DNA of 64,000 nt. It comes from Thalia democratica. Taxonomy: Eukaryota. The stretch spans positions 42,470,001 to 42,534,000 of the forward strand of contig OZ241826.1 of assembly GCA_965202585.1 (NCBI GenBank), given 5' to 3'. Shown one piece after another: positions 60,389 to 64,000 of this stretch (position 1 is the first letter of the stretch; the number at the start of each line of letters is the position of its first letter). Under the pieces are notes generated by a model that worked only from the letters and a program-made list of their open reading frames with translations, did not search any database and had not been told where the DNA came from. The position numbers and the translations under genes are program-made.

Positions 60389-62718
60389 TCACATTTTTTC
60401 AAACCATTTACCATTCTCTGTATCATAACTTATAAGTGTTTCAGAGATATAGCTAAATGATACGAGTTTACTATCAATGAAAAAATCCGCTTTTACAAGG
60501 GAAATATCAAAATCAAAAGGTATTTCTTTCAGAACAGTTAACTGCTCACTGTCGGAGTCATAAACCTGCAAATATCCATTTGGAAGATTACAACTCTCAA
60601 AGAAAAACAGCTTGTTTCTGTTTAAGACCGGCACCAAGATGTGTGCGGGTCTTGCAATCGCTAAAGTATAGGGCATGTACTTACATGAACTACTTAAATA
60701 ATCATGTGTTTCGGAAGCTCCTGACGAATATTCGCCACAATCAGAAACCACGATTTTGCCTGTGCAAGCGTGCCCCGCTTCAGCCTCGTTCATTCTCAGA
60801 ACTTCTGTCCATTTGTGAGTTTTTGTATCAAGCTTCATACAAGAATCAGTACATTTACAAGCTTTATTGTAACCACCTAGTATAAATGTTTGATCAATGA
60901 ACGCACAAGCACAAAAGTTTCTTCTGTAACCAAACAAACCAGACAAGTTCACCAAAGCATCGTTCAGCAAAAAATATTTCTTTAAAAACTATAAATTATT
61001 CACTACAAACTGAACTTTTCTATCGACGACTCCAAAGACATAAACGTCTCCTCTGCTATAAATCATTTTGTGACCGTGTCGGCCGGTTTTCATTGGAACA
61101 AGATCTTTAGCATCGTTTAAATTTTGGGTGTCGATTTGCTGCGTTTTATCACTGCAGTGTCCTAGCGCCGCCACTGACAAAAACAATAAAGATCTTTTGA
61201 CTACTGTACCTATTTGAAGGAGAGCTTTTTTTTATTTAACCATAAACTTTTTTTGTTATTTAAAATATCTCTTACCATCGCAACTAGCCATTATTTTTGT
61301 TAACGCATTAATGCTCAGTCAACTATTTGATTCACAGTCTGATAATAAACTTAGCCGAACTTTTGATACGAGACCGCTTACTAGTTTATTTTTTTTCTCA
61401 AAGTCGTAGCTGAGCGAACTGATGGCTGATATCAATACTTCAAGTGCAAAACCAATATTTAACTCGGAACAAAAATATTTTTTTGAAACAATGAAAAATT
61501 CAAGCTGTAAAAAACTTTGATGTTCACTGACTACTGTAAAACTCTCAACGTTATATAAACATGGTTCTCTGAGTTCAGTAAATTTAAAACGCTTGCAATT
61601 TGTTAGTACATAATTACATATTGTAAATTGACTTTGTTCCATAACTTCGTGAAAGTTTTGCTATTAGTTCTTCAAGAAACAAAATTTTGTTGGCTTTTAA
61701 AAATTAATAAGGTACTTTTCATCCAAATTTAAAACACTAAAATTATATATTTAGAATAATTATTTTTAATTTCTCACTGGTTTTGTTCATTTAGATTTTA
61801 CATTGAAATCTTGCTTAAAACGATAATTATGTCAGAAACATTTTTAGTGTTGCATTTCACAATTTATGTTGATTTTTAATAAACTAGTATTTAGTTCAAG
61901 AGAAAAGTATTCTAATGTTTTCTGAGTGTTGAGCTAAATTAATAGTTAGTTATGTTTCAATGTATTTAAATATTTTTTCAAAAATTAAATACTAGAAATG
62001 TACTATATATATTTGTTCTTTAAAAACTTAAGAATAATATGTATACAGTTTTGCCAATTAAAACTATTTTTTAGTTGAAAAATGTAAGCCTTTAGATTTA
62101 CAAGTATAATAGTTTTTCAATAAGTTTTATCAAACATGTAGATGAAGTATAAAACACCTTTTAATTTTTGATATGCGTAAAAATTTTATTTCTAATAATT
62201 TTTACCTGTTTTAAACAATTTATTTTACTTATATTAGCTATAACTTATCTTAAAAAAAAACATTGCAGCGTCTTATTAGTTATACTATAAGTCTTAAAAC
62301 TCAATGTTTTTTTTTTAAAGTAGTCCATTAAGTACACCAAAAAGTATATAAAATTTTGTTACACTATTTTATTTGTAGTATAATATATAAATAATTCTCT
62401 AAAATGAGCTAAAACTTGTTATTAAAAGGACAAGATTAAAACATTACAAACGTGTTATAATATTATTTTTAGATTTTGTAAAATAATTTTATTATTTATA
62501 GCAGCCGATTTACTTAAATTTAAAAAACTAAAATTTCTACTATCTTTCAAAATCATATTATCAGAAAATAGTTTAAAAAATAGTTTAAAAAAATCCTTTT
62601 CAAGCCTTCTGTTCTTTTCGTTACGTTTAATTTGATAGTTTTCATAATAGTCGTCTTTAAAAGTAGTTTTGCTCATAATTTTAGGGCTCAAAATGCTATA
62701 AAACAGTTTTGGTTTCAA
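60389..62718 (-). pseudogene. Decayed BTB-BACK-kelch gene
   Basis: BACK remnant (QNFHEVMEQSQF...SYDFEKKNKLVSGLVSKVRLSLLS*), a 66-nt GT-AG intron 61210-61275, and kelch blades (PMKTGRHGH...DVYVFG; RRNFCACAFIDQTFILGGY...KW). In-frame stops at 61319 and 60989. The possible BTB N-terminus at 62455-62718 is weaker. Confidence 0.75.
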
Positions 62719-62886
62719 AATATTTTCAGCATTTACTTAACTTTACATATTTATTACGTAAATATGTAATTTATAATTCAATAAAAATATATTTCCATAC
62801 ATTATTTAAGAGGAAAACTTAGAAGTAAAAATAAACCTAATTAGAATTAGAGACTTTGCTAACTAAATTAATTTTAGACTTTAAAA

Positions 62887-62985
62887 CAGGGTTTCCCAAA
62901 TCGGACCATGAGCCACAGGGGGCCATGAGGTCATAATTTGAAGATGTTCTGGAGTTAATGACGAAGAACAAAAAAAAGGTCTTAG
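62887..62985 (+). mobile_element. Probable 5' end of a hAT/Charlie-type non-autonomous element
   Basis: CAGGGTTTCCCAAA terminus followed by a GC-rich stretch and GAAGAACAAAAAAAAGGTCTT. No partner end identified. Confidence 0.4.
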
Positions 62986-64000
62986 GTGTTTTTAATGGTT
63001 TGTTTTTGAGTAATCTTGTTAGAGGGTTTATAGCTTTTTCAATCTCTTTAAAGGATGCCTTTAAAAAAAAACTATGAAACCCTGCTATAAACCTATTTAA
63101 AACATTTTAATATACTTTTTAATTAGTACTAGTAAATAAAAATTAGGAGCACTTAATAATACTTAGCTTGTTGCTGTTTTTTATATTACTTTCTTAAAGT
63201 TGTCATTTCATAAAAAAATATGGAAGCCCGAATTAGCCTATGATTTTTTTCTATGCAATAAATAGTACAAAAAAATACAATGATGTACAGATTAGTTATT
63301 ATAAATTAACATAGGAAAAATATAATTTACAATTTATTTTGGTTAATTGTTGTTTTAATGGATACTTGTACCTTTATAAAAAACCCAATTTTATATTAAA
63401 AACAATTTTACAAAACCACTTGATATCTTGTCAATCTTTTACCAATAATGCTAACTGTCTTGAGTTTTGGTGTTGATATTTGAAAAGCAACTATTCATTA
63501 AACTTTTTAAAATCTTTTATAAGCCTTAAAAACTCAAAAAACAAGCTTTTTTTCTATATTATACTCCATGATGCACTTGTAATAATTAAGTAATATTTTA
63601 TTTTAAAACTTACATAAAGATCCTTGGACCAAATACTTTGAGCGCTCTTATTTTGTCGTTTAATAAACAATATATATATATAAAAGTTTGTTTCACTCAA
63701 TGTTCTGTCACCTGTAAACTAAAAATGTAAGTAAAACTTTTATTACTTAGTATTTATACAAAAAAAAAACGATTTTGTGTTGTATATATAATTAGTGAAT
63801 AAGAGTTTTGTTATATAATTACTTTTAACTATTTTTGGAAAAAGAGCTGGTCTAAAGTTTATAATTTCCTTTTTTTTTAATCAAACAAAGTTAAACAAAT
63901 TTTATAGAGAGTTGTGAATTGTTTATTAAAGACAAAAAGTGCTTTCGAATTGTTTGGTCCTATAACCTGGTGCACGAAAAAATCTTCCGGTTATCGAGTC

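Overview
Eukaryotic, very AT-rich genomic DNA with GC-richer exons and GT-AG introns. The divergent rhodopsin GPCR and the kelch-repeat style suggest an ascidian or other invertebrate (inference). No rRNA, tRNA or CRISPR was seen. All genes were reconstructed by hand with splice-phase checks. (1) A 9-10-exon bHLH-PAS gene of the NPAS4/dysfusion type lies on the minus strand (4021-11780, probable first exon at 15340-15451). It has a CRE/octamer-rich promoter and about 12 kb of upstream regulatory islands rich in TCGTGAC. (2) An unrecognised three-exon minus-strand gene (32630-33780) has a 90-codon ORF1 ending at UUU-UGA-C. Its downstream exons are in phase only after a +1 shift at that site. 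This is a candidate antizyme/RF2-style 'shifty stop' frameshift gene and the top finding, but a 1-nt indel is not excluded. (3) A three-exon orphan class A GPCR (37200-39663). (4) An intronless RING-CH/MARCH-type E3 ligase with four hydrophobic segments (55833-56609). (5) A decayed BTB-BACK-kelch pseudogene (60389-62718). (6) A hAT cluster at 27.1-31.8 kb whose MITE ends have swapped target-site duplications, recording a local rearrangement, plus a BED-hAT transposase remnant. Other MITEs, a 15-bp tandem array and a perfect 54-bp palindrome are also present.
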